Source: an uncultured bacterium | Lineage (GTDB): Bacteria > Abyssobacteria > SURF-5 | Length of the DNA: 13,053 bases | Assembly: GCA_964510165.1 (NCBI GenBank) | Contig: CAZEBC010000117.1 | Coordinates: 1-13,053 of the forward strand | Direction of reading: 5' to 3' | In this document: one piece after another, positions 1 to 7,751 of the stretch | How positions within the stretch are numbered: position 1 is the stretch's first letter | Layout: every line of letters starts with the position of its first letter | Notes under the pieces: generated by a model | The model's input: the letters and a program-made list of their open reading frames with translations, nothing else | Database searches by the model: none | Told to the model about the DNA's origin: nothing | Made by a program: the position numbers and the translations under genes

Positions 1-38
1 GAAGCCAGCGCCCGCGCCTGTTCTTCCTGGCAAGTTCC

Positions 39-68
39 TTGTATAACCCCTGTGCGATATGATAGAGT
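39..68 (+). promoter_or_regulatory. Possible sigma-70 promoter for the acyl-CoA cluster
   Basis: TTGTAT (39-44), 18-bp spacer, extended -10 TG-A-TAGAGT (60-68). An imperfect sigma-54-like TGGCAAGTTCCTTGTA (28-43) overlaps it. Motif match by eye only. Confidence 0.3.
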
Positions 69-133
69 ATGGCCGTCCCCATTCATACGCCCGCTTTCCC
101 ACCTTCAAGGATGCGTTTCGCGCAGGAGGTGTT

Positions 134-919
134 ATGGCCAATTTCATCGTCGAAGAACGGGGCCACGTTTGTAAGATTACGATCAATCGCCCCGACAAGC
201 GCAACTCCTTTACGCTCGCGATGTGGAAGGAATTCACCGAACTGATGCGGGGGTTGAATCAACGAGACAATATCCGCGTGGCGATCATCCGTGGCGCGGG
301 CGACAAGGCGTTCTCATCCGGTATCGACCTGGCCGAACTGGCCTCGTCCGGCCGCTCGATAACCGACCCGATGTCGTGGGAGCAGATCGGCATCGAGGAA
401 GCGATGCACAGCATAACCGAGTTCCGCTATCCCGTAATCGCCATGGTGAACGGATACGCTATTGCCGGCGGCTGCGAACTCGCGCTGCATTGCGACATTC
501 TCATCGCCGCCGAAACCGCCCGATTCGCCATGCCGCTCGCCAAGATCGGCCTGCTGGTGCCGTTTCCGCTGGCGCAGCGACTGATCCACGCGGCGGGTGT
601 CAACCATGCCCGCGACATGCTGTTCACCGGCAGGCTCGTTCCGGCCGCTGAGGCCAAACAGATGGGGATGGTGAACGAGGTGGTCCCTCTGGCAGACCTT
701 GAGAAGCGCGTCGGACAGGTGGCCGAAGAGATAGCCGGCAACGCCCCGCTTTCACTTGAAGGGATGAAGAAAACACTGGCGCGCTGCTTCGCTTACGAGA
801 AGGACATTTCATACAATGACCTTCGCGAGCATATGGGGAAATGCCTTGCCAGCGAGGACGTGCTCGAAGGCCTCACGGCCTTTATTCAGCGCCGCAAACC
901 GGAATTCAAAGGGAAATAA
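134..919 (+). CDS. Enoyl-CoA hydratase/isomerase (crotonase superfamily) protein, 261 aa
   Basis: Motifs ITINRPDKRNS, AFSSGIDL (oxyanion hole), PVIAMVNGYAIAGGCELALHCD and C-terminal EGLTAFIQRRKPEFKG. Start moved from 59 to ATG 134, which follows a strong SD AGGAGGT (124-130). Confidence 0.93.
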   Translation: MANFIVEERGHVCKITINRPDKRNSFTLAMWKEFTELMRGLNQRDNIRVAIIRGAGDKAFSSGIDLAELASSGRSITDPMSWEQIGIEEAMHSITEFRYPVIAMVNGYAIAGGCELALHCDILIAAETARFAMPLAKIGLLVPFPLAQRLIHAAGVNHARDMLFTGRLVPAAEAKQMGMVNEVVPLADLEKRVGQVAEEIAGNAPLSLEGMKKTLARCFAYEKDISYNDLREHMGKCLASEDVLEGLTAFIQRRKPEFKGK

Positions 920-921
920 CT

Positions 922-949
922 CTAAACCCTGAACGCTAAACCCTAGACC
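922..949 (+). repeat. Four tandem degenerate heptamers (CTAAACC-CTGAACG-CTAAACC-CTAGACC)
   Basis: 7-bp periodicity is directly visible just after the crotonase stop codon. Confidence 0.7.
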
Positions 950-967
950 AGCTCTTGGGAGGTCCTT

Positions 968-1972
968 ATGCATCCCGCACTCAAGACGCCGCTATGCGAC
1001 CTGCTGGGAATCGAGAAGCCGATCATGCAGGCAGGCATGGGCTTCGTGGCTCGGTCCGAACTCGCCGGAGCGGTATCCAAAGCGGGCGGCCTGGGCGTGA
1101 TCGGAGCAGCATTCCTCACGCTCGAGCAACTGCGTGAGGAAATCCGCAAAGTTAAGGATATGACCGACAAGCCGTTCGGGGTGGATATCCTGTTCGCCAC
1201 CTACGGCAGGCCCTCCGACGACCCCCGGATTGATGAATTCACCGATGAGGTCCGCAAGCAGATCGATATCGTGTTTGAAGAGGAGGTCCCCATTCTCGCG
1301 TCCGGCCTGGGGAATCCCGCGCCCCTGGTCCCGCAGGCGCACGAGGCCGGCATGAAGGTGATCGCCCTCGTCGGCAACACGAAGAACGCCAAACGCGTTG
1401 CGGCGAGCGGCGTCGACGTGATTGTGGCTCAGGGTTACGATGCCGGAGGACATACGGGCCGAGTGGGAACCTTCGCCGTCGTTCCGGCCATCGTGGACTG
1501 CGTCGCCCAGCCTGTCGCAGCGGCAGGCGGCATTGCGGACGGACGCGGGCTTGTGGCCGCGTTGGCGCTCGGGGCTGCCGGCATCTGGATGGGCACGCGC
1601 TTCGTTGCAAGCAAGGAAGCATTCGCCCACATGAATTACAAGAACAGGATAACCGAGATCGACGACGAGGGCACGGTCCGGACCCGTTGCTTCACCGGCA
1701 AGCCGTGCCGCGTCATCAAGAACAGGACCAGTTCCGAGTGGGAACGCCGCGAGGCGGAGATCGAACCGTTCCCGATCCAGATAGCGAAGATCAGTGAATA
1801 TATCGGAGAGAACGTCTACGAGGCCGCGCGTTTGCACGGAAAGATTGACATAGGCTCATGCGCCGCCGGCCAGTCCTCGGCCCTCATCCACGAAGTCAAG
1901 TCGGCCGGCCAGATCGTCGACGACGTGATTGAAGAGGCCGAGCAAATATTAGAAAAGCTGGCCGGCCGATAA
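968..1972 (+). CDS. Nitronate monooxygenase / FabK-like FMN-dependent oxidoreductase (2-nitropropane dioxygenase family), 334 aa
   Basis: Motifs PIMQAGMG, AVSKAGGLGVIG, KPFGVD, VAQGYDAGGHTG, AAGGIADGRG, GIWMGTRF and AGQS. SD GGAGGT upstream. Confidence 0.92.
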   Translation: MHPALKTPLCDLLGIEKPIMQAGMGFVARSELAGAVSKAGGLGVIGAAFLTLEQLREEIRKVKDMTDKPFGVDILFATYGRPSDDPRIDEFTDEVRKQIDIVFEEEVPILASGLGNPAPLVPQAHEAGMKVIALVGNTKNAKRVAASGVDVIVAQGYDAGGHTGRVGTFAVVPAIVDCVAQPVAAAGGIADGRGLVAALALGAAGIWMGTRFVASKEAFAHMNYKNRITEIDDEGTVRTRCFTGKPCRVIKNRTSSEWERREAEIEPFPIQIAKISEYIGENVYEAARLHGKIDIGSCAAGQSSALIHEVKSAGQIVDDVIEEAEQILEKLAGR

Positions 1973-2000
1973 TCTGTTTGGCCCAATCGGAGGTCGCATC

Positions 2001-3566
2001 ATGAGTTCACGAAACAAACTGATCGCCGAACGACTGCTGGACGTGGTGAATTCAAAAGGCGACAAGCTCGCCGTCAAGTTCGAGGGGCGGGCGTTCACCT
2101 TCAAGCAGATCATGGACCGCGTGTGCCGCCTGAACAACACGCTCCGTGAACTGGGCCTCGAAAAAGGCGATCGCGTGGCCATCCTCTCGCAGAACTGCCA
2201 CCAATACCGGGAACTCTTCTGGACGGTCGCGCTCGGCGGGTTCATGATTGTGCCGGTCAATTATCGGCTCGCGCCTCGCGAGATATCACATATTTTGAAC
2301 GATTCCGAGGCCGTGGCCCTCCTGGTCTCCGACGAATATTCGCTCCTGGTCAACTCAATCAGAAACGACCTGGAAACCATTCGCCACGTCATCGGGATAC
2401 AGACCGAGGGTGAAGGGTTCCTGGACTACGAGCGGCTGCTTGGACAAAATTCGGCCGAGCCGCCGCGCTCGCTTCCCTCCGCCGACGACCTCCTTTGGCT
2501 CCTGTACACCAGCGGCACCACCGGCCTACCGAAGGGCGCGATGCACACGCACCGCAGCGTGACGGCGCTCGTTGATATCGCCATCGGCAATTTCGAAATC
2601 AATGAAGACACCCGCTCGCTTGTAGTCACGCCGTTCTACGCGCTCAGCGGCGGCGGCTGGGACGCAATCTGCTCGTGCATGGGCAGTCCCACGATCATTC
2701 ATCGTAACTTCAACCCGTTCGAGATGCTCGAGACGATCCAGGACGAACGCATCACTGACGTGCACCTCGTGCCGGTCATGATCAACTACGTGGTCAACTG
2801 CCCCGATTTCGACAAGTACGACCTCTCCAGCCTCAAGCGCATCACGTACGGCGCGTCGCCCATGCCGCCTGAACTCATGAAGAAGGCCATGGGCAAACTC
2901 GGTCCGATCTTCGTTCAGGATTTCGGCTGCGCCGAGGGAGGTCTGCTCACCGTGCTCATGGAGCTGGACCACGTGGTGGACGGCCCGCCCGAGAAGACCC
3001 GTCGGCTCTCTTCATGCGGAAAGGGCATGCCCGAACTCGATGTCCGCGTGCTCAACGAAAGCGGCGAAGACGTCAGGCCCGCCGAGGTCGGAGAGCTCAC
3101 CGTCAAGGGTGACTCCGTCATGAAGGGCTATTGGAAGCGGCCAGAGGCAACTGCCGACGTGCTGAAAAACGGGAGACTCCACACGGGCGACCTCGCCACC
3201 GTTGACGAAGACGGCTTCATTTACATCGTGGACCGAAAAAAGGACATGATAATCAGCGGCGGGCTGAACATATACCCGCGCGAGGTTGAGGACGTACTGT
3301 TCGCGCATCCCGGCGTGCTCGAGGCAGCCGTCATCGGAGTGCCCGATCCCGAATGGGGCGAAAGCGTGAAGGCGTTGGTTGTGCTCAAGCCTGGCGCGAC
3401 GTGCACCGAAGAGGAACTGATTTCGCATTGCAAGGAGAACCTTGCGAGCTACAAGAAGCCCCGGAGCGTCGAGTTCGTCGACACGCTGCCCCGCAACCCC
3501 AGCGGCAAAGTCTTGAAGCGGACCCTTCGTGAGAAGTATTGGACGGGCCGCGAGAGGCGGGTGTAG
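2001..3566 (+). CDS. AMP-forming long-chain acyl-CoA synthetase / AMP-binding enzyme (FadD-like), 521 aa
   Basis: P-loop LYTSGTTGLPKG, LHTGDL, DRKKDMIISGGLNIYPREVE and A10 lysine motif PRNPSGKVLK. SD GGAGGT upstream. Confidence 0.94.
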   Translation: MSSRNKLIAERLLDVVNSKGDKLAVKFEGRAFTFKQIMDRVCRLNNTLRELGLEKGDRVAILSQNCHQYRELFWTVALGGFMIVPVNYRLAPREISHILNDSEAVALLVSDEYSLLVNSIRNDLETIRHVIGIQTEGEGFLDYERLLGQNSAEPPRSLPSADDLLWLLYTSGTTGLPKGAMHTHRSVTALVDIAIGNFEINEDTRSLVVTPFYALSGGGWDAICSCMGSPTIIHRNFNPFEMLETIQDERITDVHLVPVMINYVVNCPDFDKYDLSSLKRITYGASPMPPELMKKAMGKLGPIFVQDFGCAEGGLLTVLMELDHVVDGPPEKTRRLSSCGKGMPELDVRVLNESGEDVRPAEVGELTVKGDSVMKGYWKRPEATADVLKNGRLHTGDLATVDEDGFIYIVDRKKDMIISGGLNIYPREVEDVLFAHPGVLEAAVIGVPDPEWGESVKALVVLKPGATCTEEELISHCKENLASYKKPRSVEFVDTLPRNPSGKVLKRTLREKYWTGRERRV

Positions 3567-3587
3567 GGACGACGGCCACGAATTCAA

Positions 3588-3610
3588 GGGCGCACGCCGT
3601 GCGCCCCTAC
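3588..3610 (-). repeat. GTAG-type REP (repetitive extragenic palindrome)
   Basis: Minus strand reads GTAG-GGGCGCAC-GGC-GTGCGCCC: GTAG foot plus a perfect 8-bp stem. Confidence 0.85.
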
Positions 3611-3632
3611 GTTTCCGCCGCAAAAGCAGCTG

Positions 3633-3731
3633 TGGAGTCTCCCGCAATTCGGTTTTCCGGTGGTAGGGGCGGCCCTGCGTGGCCGCCCGGGCGCCCACAT
3701 AGGGGCGCCCCTACAATGTCGGGATGGTCTT
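3633..3731 (-). mobile_element. MITE-like element copy 1 (degenerate), carrying a GTAG-REP doublet at 3663-3714
   Basis: Reverse complement aligns end to end with 9782-9879. The 52-bp core matches 48/52. Ends TGGAGTCTCCCGCAATT / AATGTCGGGATGGTCTT are degenerate inverted repeats. No clear target-site duplication. Confidence 0.7.
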
Positions 3732-3750
3732 TGTAACCTTGTGTTCGCCC

Positions 3751-3774
3751 GTAGGGGCGCAGCATGCTGCGCCC
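3751..3774 (+). repeat. GTAG-type REP
   Basis: GTAG-GGGCGCAGC-AT-GCTGCGCCC. Inverted relative to the REP at 3588-3610. Confidence 0.85.
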
Positions 3775-3809
3775 GTGCAACACCGGCGGATTGACAAAAG
3801 GAACCACGA

Positions 3810-5021
3810 ATGGACCTCAAGGGAAACGTTCTCAGACCGAATGAAACCATCGGCAGCGGGCGCGTCCGCGAGTATCAACTCGGGCGCAAGCGCCGGATGT
3901 TCCAGATAACCACGTTCTGTCCGAAGGTGATTGGCCCCGGACCGACTCATCTGTACCTCATCGAGGATGACGCGCTGATTCTCGTGGACACAGGGATTCC
4001 GACCGACCTTGCGAAAAACATCTTTTATTATTGGCGCAACCAACGAATTCCGGCTGAAATCGAGGCGCTGCCCAATGATTACAGTTTTCAGGAATTCCTG
4101 GGTGCGCTCAAACTCACCGGCCACGATATCAAGGACATAGACTATATCGTCATCACGCACGGCCACCCGGACCATTACCTCATGGGCCGCAAGCTCGTCG
4201 AACTCTCCGGCGCGCGAGTGGCCGCCCATGTGTCGGACTCCGACAAGATTTGTAATCCCTGGGGCCTTGTCAAGATGTGGGTCGAGCGAAGAGAGGCGCT
4301 CATGGCCATCGGCATGCCGCCGCCGAGACAATGGGGAGGCCAAGCTGGCGGGAGCGGCCAAACTCGCGCGGTCATGAGTCCCGAGACAACCGACCTCTCG
4401 CTTCGCATTGACTGCCCGGTCGCGTTCGACGGCCGCCTCAAGCTCGATGATTTCGAGAAGGACACGATCTGCGTGCGCCATTTCGCCGGACACTCAGCGG
4501 GCGGCATCGCCATTCTGGTCTATGATGACGACGGCCAAAGAGCTCTCATGCTATGCGGTGACACCCTGTTGTATCCTATCACGCCGCATCCCGACGACCT
4601 CGTCGCGTACTTGCGCACGCTTAAGTACATGAGGGGGCTGAACGACGTCGAGCTCGTGCTTCCCGCTCATGGCAAGGCGATAACCAATCTGAGCCACCGG
4701 CTCGATTTTCTCGAGGAGCATCACGAACGAAGACTGCGCATGACCTACGAAGCCTGCAAGCGGCCGAAAAGCATCTGGGAAATCGCCACGATGCGCCGCT
4801 ATTTCGATGTGTACGTGGACCCTAATCGGTTCAATCCGCTCGCCGGTCAGGAGGCGTTCGTCCATGTCGAATTGCTTCAGATGGCCGGGGGCCTGCATTG
4901 CTCGCACGTGAACGGCATCGTTCACTACTTCCAGAATTCCGGCGAGCGATTCGAGGACGTGTACAAACGCGCGCAAGCATTGGTGAACGATGAGAACACG
5001 ACCATGCTCATGCGCCGGTGA
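3810..5021 (+). CDS. Metallo-beta-lactamase-fold hydrolase with C-terminal helical extension, 403 aa
   Basis: LVDTG, metal motif ITHGHPDH (HxHxDH), GHSAG, CGDTL and LPAHG. SD AAGGA at 3798-3802. Confidence 0.9.
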   Translation: MDLKGNVLRPNETIGSGRVREYQLGRKRRMFQITTFCPKVIGPGPTHLYLIEDDALILVDTGIPTDLAKNIFYYWRNQRIPAEIEALPNDYSFQEFLGALKLTGHDIKDIDYIVITHGHPDHYLMGRKLVELSGARVAAHVSDSDKICNPWGLVKMWVERREALMAIGMPPPRQWGGQAGGSGQTRAVMSPETTDLSLRIDCPVAFDGRLKLDDFEKDTICVRHFAGHSAGGIAILVYDDDGQRALMLCGDTLLYPITPHPDDLVAYLRTLKYMRGLNDVELVLPAHGKAITNLSHRLDFLEEHHERRLRMTYEACKRPKSIWEIATMRRYFDVYVDPNRFNPLAGQEAFVHVELLQMAGGLHCSHVNGIVHYFQNSGERFEDVYKRAQALVNDENTTMLMRR

Positions 5022-5043
5022 GCGCAAACCACAAGGAGACACC

Positions 5044-5835
5044 ATGAAACTGAAGGACAAAGTCGCCGTCGTCACGGGAGCTGCTTCGGGAATCGGCAAA
5101 GCCATCTCGCTCGCGTTTGCTGAGGAGGGCGCGAAAGTCGTCGCCGCCGACATCAACGTCGAAGGCGGAGAGGCGACCGTTCGCCAGATCAAGACCGCGA
5201 AGGGAAAAGCCGTTTTCATAGAGGCCGACGTCGCCGACGCCGAATCGGTCAAGAACCTGATAGATGAAACCATCAAGCGATTCCGCAAACTCGATATCAT
5301 GGTGAACAATGCGGGCGTCGAGGTGTTCCAACGCCTTGCCGACACCGACGAGGCTGTCTGGGACCGCGTCATCTCCATAAACCTGCGAGGCGTCTTTCTA
5401 GGGACTAAGTACGCGATCCCCAAGATGCTCGAGAGCGGCGGAGGCGTGATAATCAATATGGCTTCCGTCGCCGGAATAATGGGAGCGGGCGGCCTGAGCG
5501 CATACAACGCCTCCAAAGGCGGCGTCGTGCTCCTCACGAAGAACACCGCAATGGACTACGGCTCGCGCAACATCCGCGCAAACTGCCTCTGCCCCGGCTT
5601 CATCAAGACGCCCATGGTCGAAGCGGTTCTCTCGCTTCCCGGCTCGGGCGAGCTCAAGGGAACTGTTATCAACCTCTGTCCCGCCGGAAGGCTGGGAACG
5701 CCCGAAGAAGTCGCCCGATGCGCCGTATTCCTGGCGTCCGACGACTCGGCATTCGTCAACGGGCACGCCCTTGTGGTGGACGGCGGGATGAGCGCCGGCT
5801 GGCAGATAGACGTTGAAAAAGCTCTGGGCGGCTGA
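5044..5835 (+). CDS. Classical short-chain dehydrogenase/reductase (probably NAD-dependent), 263 aa
   Basis: TGAASGIG, Asp at the end of beta-2 (AADIN), NNAG, catalytic Ser and YNASK, and GHALVVDGG. Start ATG 5044 follows SD AAGGAG. Confidence 0.94.
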   Translation: MKLKDKVAVVTGAASGIGKAISLAFAEEGAKVVAADINVEGGEATVRQIKTAKGKAVFIEADVADAESVKNLIDETIKRFRKLDIMVNNAGVEVFQRLADTDEAVWDRVISINLRGVFLGTKYAIPKMLESGGGVIINMASVAGIMGAGGLSAYNASKGGVVLLTKNTAMDYGSRNIRANCLCPGFIKTPMVEAVLSLPGSGELKGTVINLCPAGRLGTPEEVARCAVFLASDDSAFVNGHALVVDGGMSAGWQIDVEKALGG

Positions 5836-5872
5836 CATCTTTTGGACCACCTGCTCATACAAAGGCTTGATT

Positions 5873-5894
5873 GTGGGTGCGAATTCATTCGCAC
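5873..5894 (+). repeat. Solo GTRG-type REP / hairpin, possibly acting as a terminator or processing site
   Basis: GTGG-GTGCGAAT-TC-ATTCGCAC is a perfect 8-bp palindrome, followed by a pyrimidine-rich run. Confidence 0.65.
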
Positions 5895-5977
5895 GTTCTT
5901 CCCGCTTTCCTTTTCCCTGATCTCTGCCAATAATTGGTACGAGTGCTATTTGTCGAACCGATTTCAGGGAGAGACCG

Positions 5978-7279
5978 ATGAGCAAAGCGAAGGTAGTGAT
6001 TCTTGGAGGCGGGATGGGGGGCGTGTATACGGCGCTCCGCTTGCGGTCATGGTGGCCGCTCAATCAAGCGTGCGAAACCATGCTCATCAGCCGCAGCCGC
6101 CATTTCGAGTTCAAGTCTCTCTTTCCCGAGGTACTGGCCGGACGTCTCGATCCCGACTCCGTCCGATTTCCGCTGCACGATATCCTCGGCGAATTCCACG
6201 TAAAAACGGCGACCGTGACTTCCATCGACCCGCGGAGGCGAATCGTTCAGACCGATGAGGGTGGGGTCCAGTTTGATTATCTTGTGATGGCGCTTGGCGG
6301 AATGAGAGAATCCATTCCCGCCTCGGGCAAGGTCCCGCCGCTATCGGTGGAGAGTCTGGAGGAGTGCCTTGAGCTTCGCAAGGTCGTTCTTCGCCTGCTT
6401 CCAAGAGGAGCAAGGACAAGGCCGCGCACACGCAAGAACATCGTGATCATCGGGGCCGGGCCGACAGGAATCGAGGTCGCATGCGAGTTATGGCGCCTGG
6501 CGAGCGGGAAGCGCGGGAAAAAAGCTTTGTCACCGTTGGACATTCATCTGGTAGAAGCTTCCAGAACGATCCTCTCAACATGGGGACAGGCACTGCGGGA
6601 AGACGCAGAGGATATCCTGAAGGAGTCCGGAATCCGTCTTCTGACCAGTTCCAAGGTGACTCGGATCGAGAACGGCCGCGTGCATATCAAGGGGAAACGC
6701 TCTCTTCGCGCCGATGCGGTCGTATGGGCCGGCGGACTGAAAGGACTCGACTTGTATCGGGCTGTCGGCGCCCCTCTTGACAAGAAGGGCCGGCTGCGCG
6801 TCAATCCGATGCTTCAACTTCGGGGACATAAGAATATCTATGCGATCGGAGACGGAATCGATACCTCGGTGTTCGACCCGCCCGTGCCGCAGAGCGCCCA
6901 GGCGGCGTATCAACAGGCCGCTCTTGTGGCCACCAATATCACGAGAAGTATCGAGGGGGTGGCGCTAAGGCGGTTCCATTACCGCGAGCTTGGACAGGCC
7001 TTGCCGGTGGGTGGCCGTCGTGCGGTCGCCAGAATGCTGGGCATTCCACTGGACGGACACGCGGCCTGGGCGCTTGAAAAAGCGCTTTTCCTTGTGAGGA
7101 TTCCGGGATTGGCTTCGCGCCTGAGGCTGCTTGAAGGCCTCGCGATCAGTCCGCTCGCGCGGAAAGGTTCAGAGTATATTGAGGAGCGGAGTTCGCGAGA
7201 GCCGTTCCAATTTTTGAGTAAAGTCCTGGTCAATTCGCCAAGTCACCAGGGAATCGTCAAGCCGAGCACCCCCAGATAA
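5978..7279 (+). CDS. ndh: Type II NADH:quinone oxidoreductase (NDH-2)-like FAD-dependent oxidoreductase, 433 aa
   Basis: Two Rossmann motifs (VVILGGGMGG; IIGAGPTGIEVACEL), LVEA, VWAGG, IYAIGD and the quinone-site motif AQAAYQ (AQxAxQ). SD GGGAGAG. Confidence 0.85.
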   Translation: MSKAKVVILGGGMGGVYTALRLRSWWPLNQACETMLISRSRHFEFKSLFPEVLAGRLDPDSVRFPLHDILGEFHVKTATVTSIDPRRRIVQTDEGGVQFDYLVMALGGMRESIPASGKVPPLSVESLEECLELRKVVLRLLPRGARTRPRTRKNIVIIGAGPTGIEVACELWRLASGKRGKKALSPLDIHLVEASRTILSTWGQALREDAEDILKESGIRLLTSSKVTRIENGRVHIKGKRSLRADAVVWAGGLKGLDLYRAVGAPLDKKGRLRVNPMLQLRGHKNIYAIGDGIDTSVFDPPVPQSAQAAYQQAALVATNITRSIEGVALRRFHYRELGQALPVGGRRAVARMLGIPLDGHAAWALEKALFLVRIPGLASRLRLLEGLAISPLARKGSEYIEERSSREPFQFLSKVLVNSPSHQGIVKPSTPR

Positions 7280-7707
7280 AGCACGCCCTGGTCCGTGATC
7301 TCCTTTATCAGGAGAAGCGCCGGCGCCGGTCGGTCATCGGGTTTCGGAAGAGAGTTTGTGGAACGACGCCCGATAGGACCGTTAAACTCGACGGGTGTCA
7401 CCGCCGACGGGCCGATTCGGTGTTCTCGCGCCTCGGAGTTGAGCCGGACCTCGCCCTTCCGGAAAGCGTTTTCTTCTGTCTTCAAAATCCCCTTCACGGT
7501 GGAAAGCCCCAATCTTTCCTCCGGGTGAGATTCCTCTTCGACGGGCACAATAGCGGTCTCACTCAGGACATCGAGAAGATCATGTTCACGCGAAGGATTC
7601 GCCGTTGCGACGCCCGTTGTCAAGCAAAGCAACGCGAATGCGCACAAACATATTCTCACAGTCTTCCCGACGGGCCTTGTTCTGCCCGAAGAGTTCAGGA
7701 CTAGCAT
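7243..7707 (-). CDS. Hypothetical exported protein, 154 aa (Sec-type signal peptide; amphipathic C-terminus ending in Trp)
   Basis: Basic N-region, hydrophobic ICLCAFALLCLTTG and ATA cleavage motif. SD-like GGGGTGAG and an upstream sigma-54 motif. The 3' end overlaps ndh by 37 bp. Confidence 0.65.
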   Translation of the reverse strand: MLVLNSSGRTRPVGKTVRICLCAFALLCLTTGVATANPSREHDLLDVLSETAIVPVEEESHPEERLGLSTVKGILKTEENAFRKGEVRLNSEAREHRIGPSAVTPVEFNGPIGRRSTNSLPKPDDRPAPALLLIKEITDQGVLYLGVLGLTIPW

Positions 7708-7735
7708 CTCAACTCACCCCCTGATTAGGGGATGG

Positions 7736-7751
7736 AGCAAGCCCGATGCCA
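7736..7751 (-). promoter_or_regulatory. Sigma-54 (RpoN) -24/-12 promoter
   Basis: Minus strand TGGCATCGGGCTTGCT matches TGGCAC-N5-TTGCW with exact GG-N10-GC spacing, 28 bp upstream of the ATG at 7707. Confidence 0.8.

Noticed and set aside
59-133. N-terminal extension of the crotonase ORF from ATG 59
   Set aside because: No SD at 59. A strong SD precedes ATG 134, where the crotonase fold begins.
3563-3774. Possible CRISPR array (recurring palindromes with spacers)
   Set aside because: Units alternate in orientation, differ in sequence and have irregular spacing. No cas genes are present. The pattern fits REPs.
3791-3796. Perfect TTGACA upstream of the MBL gene
   Set aside because: Only 13 bp before the ATG, with no credible -10 at the proper spacing.
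4990-5043. Longer SDR start at 4990
   Set aside because: It overlaps the MBL gene. The SD and the typical MKLKDKVAVVTG start are at 5044.
992-5546. Long antisense or alternative-frame ORFs (e.g. 992-1837, 3012-3698, 3711-4493, 4551-5546; likewise 10251-11036 and 12358-12957)
   Set aside because: Shadow ORFs expected opposite GC3-rich genes. They show no protein motifs.
7243-7350. PEP-CTERM-like sorting signal (RPAPALLLI)
   Set aside because: The hydrophobic run is broken by KEITDQ and there is no terminal basic cluster.
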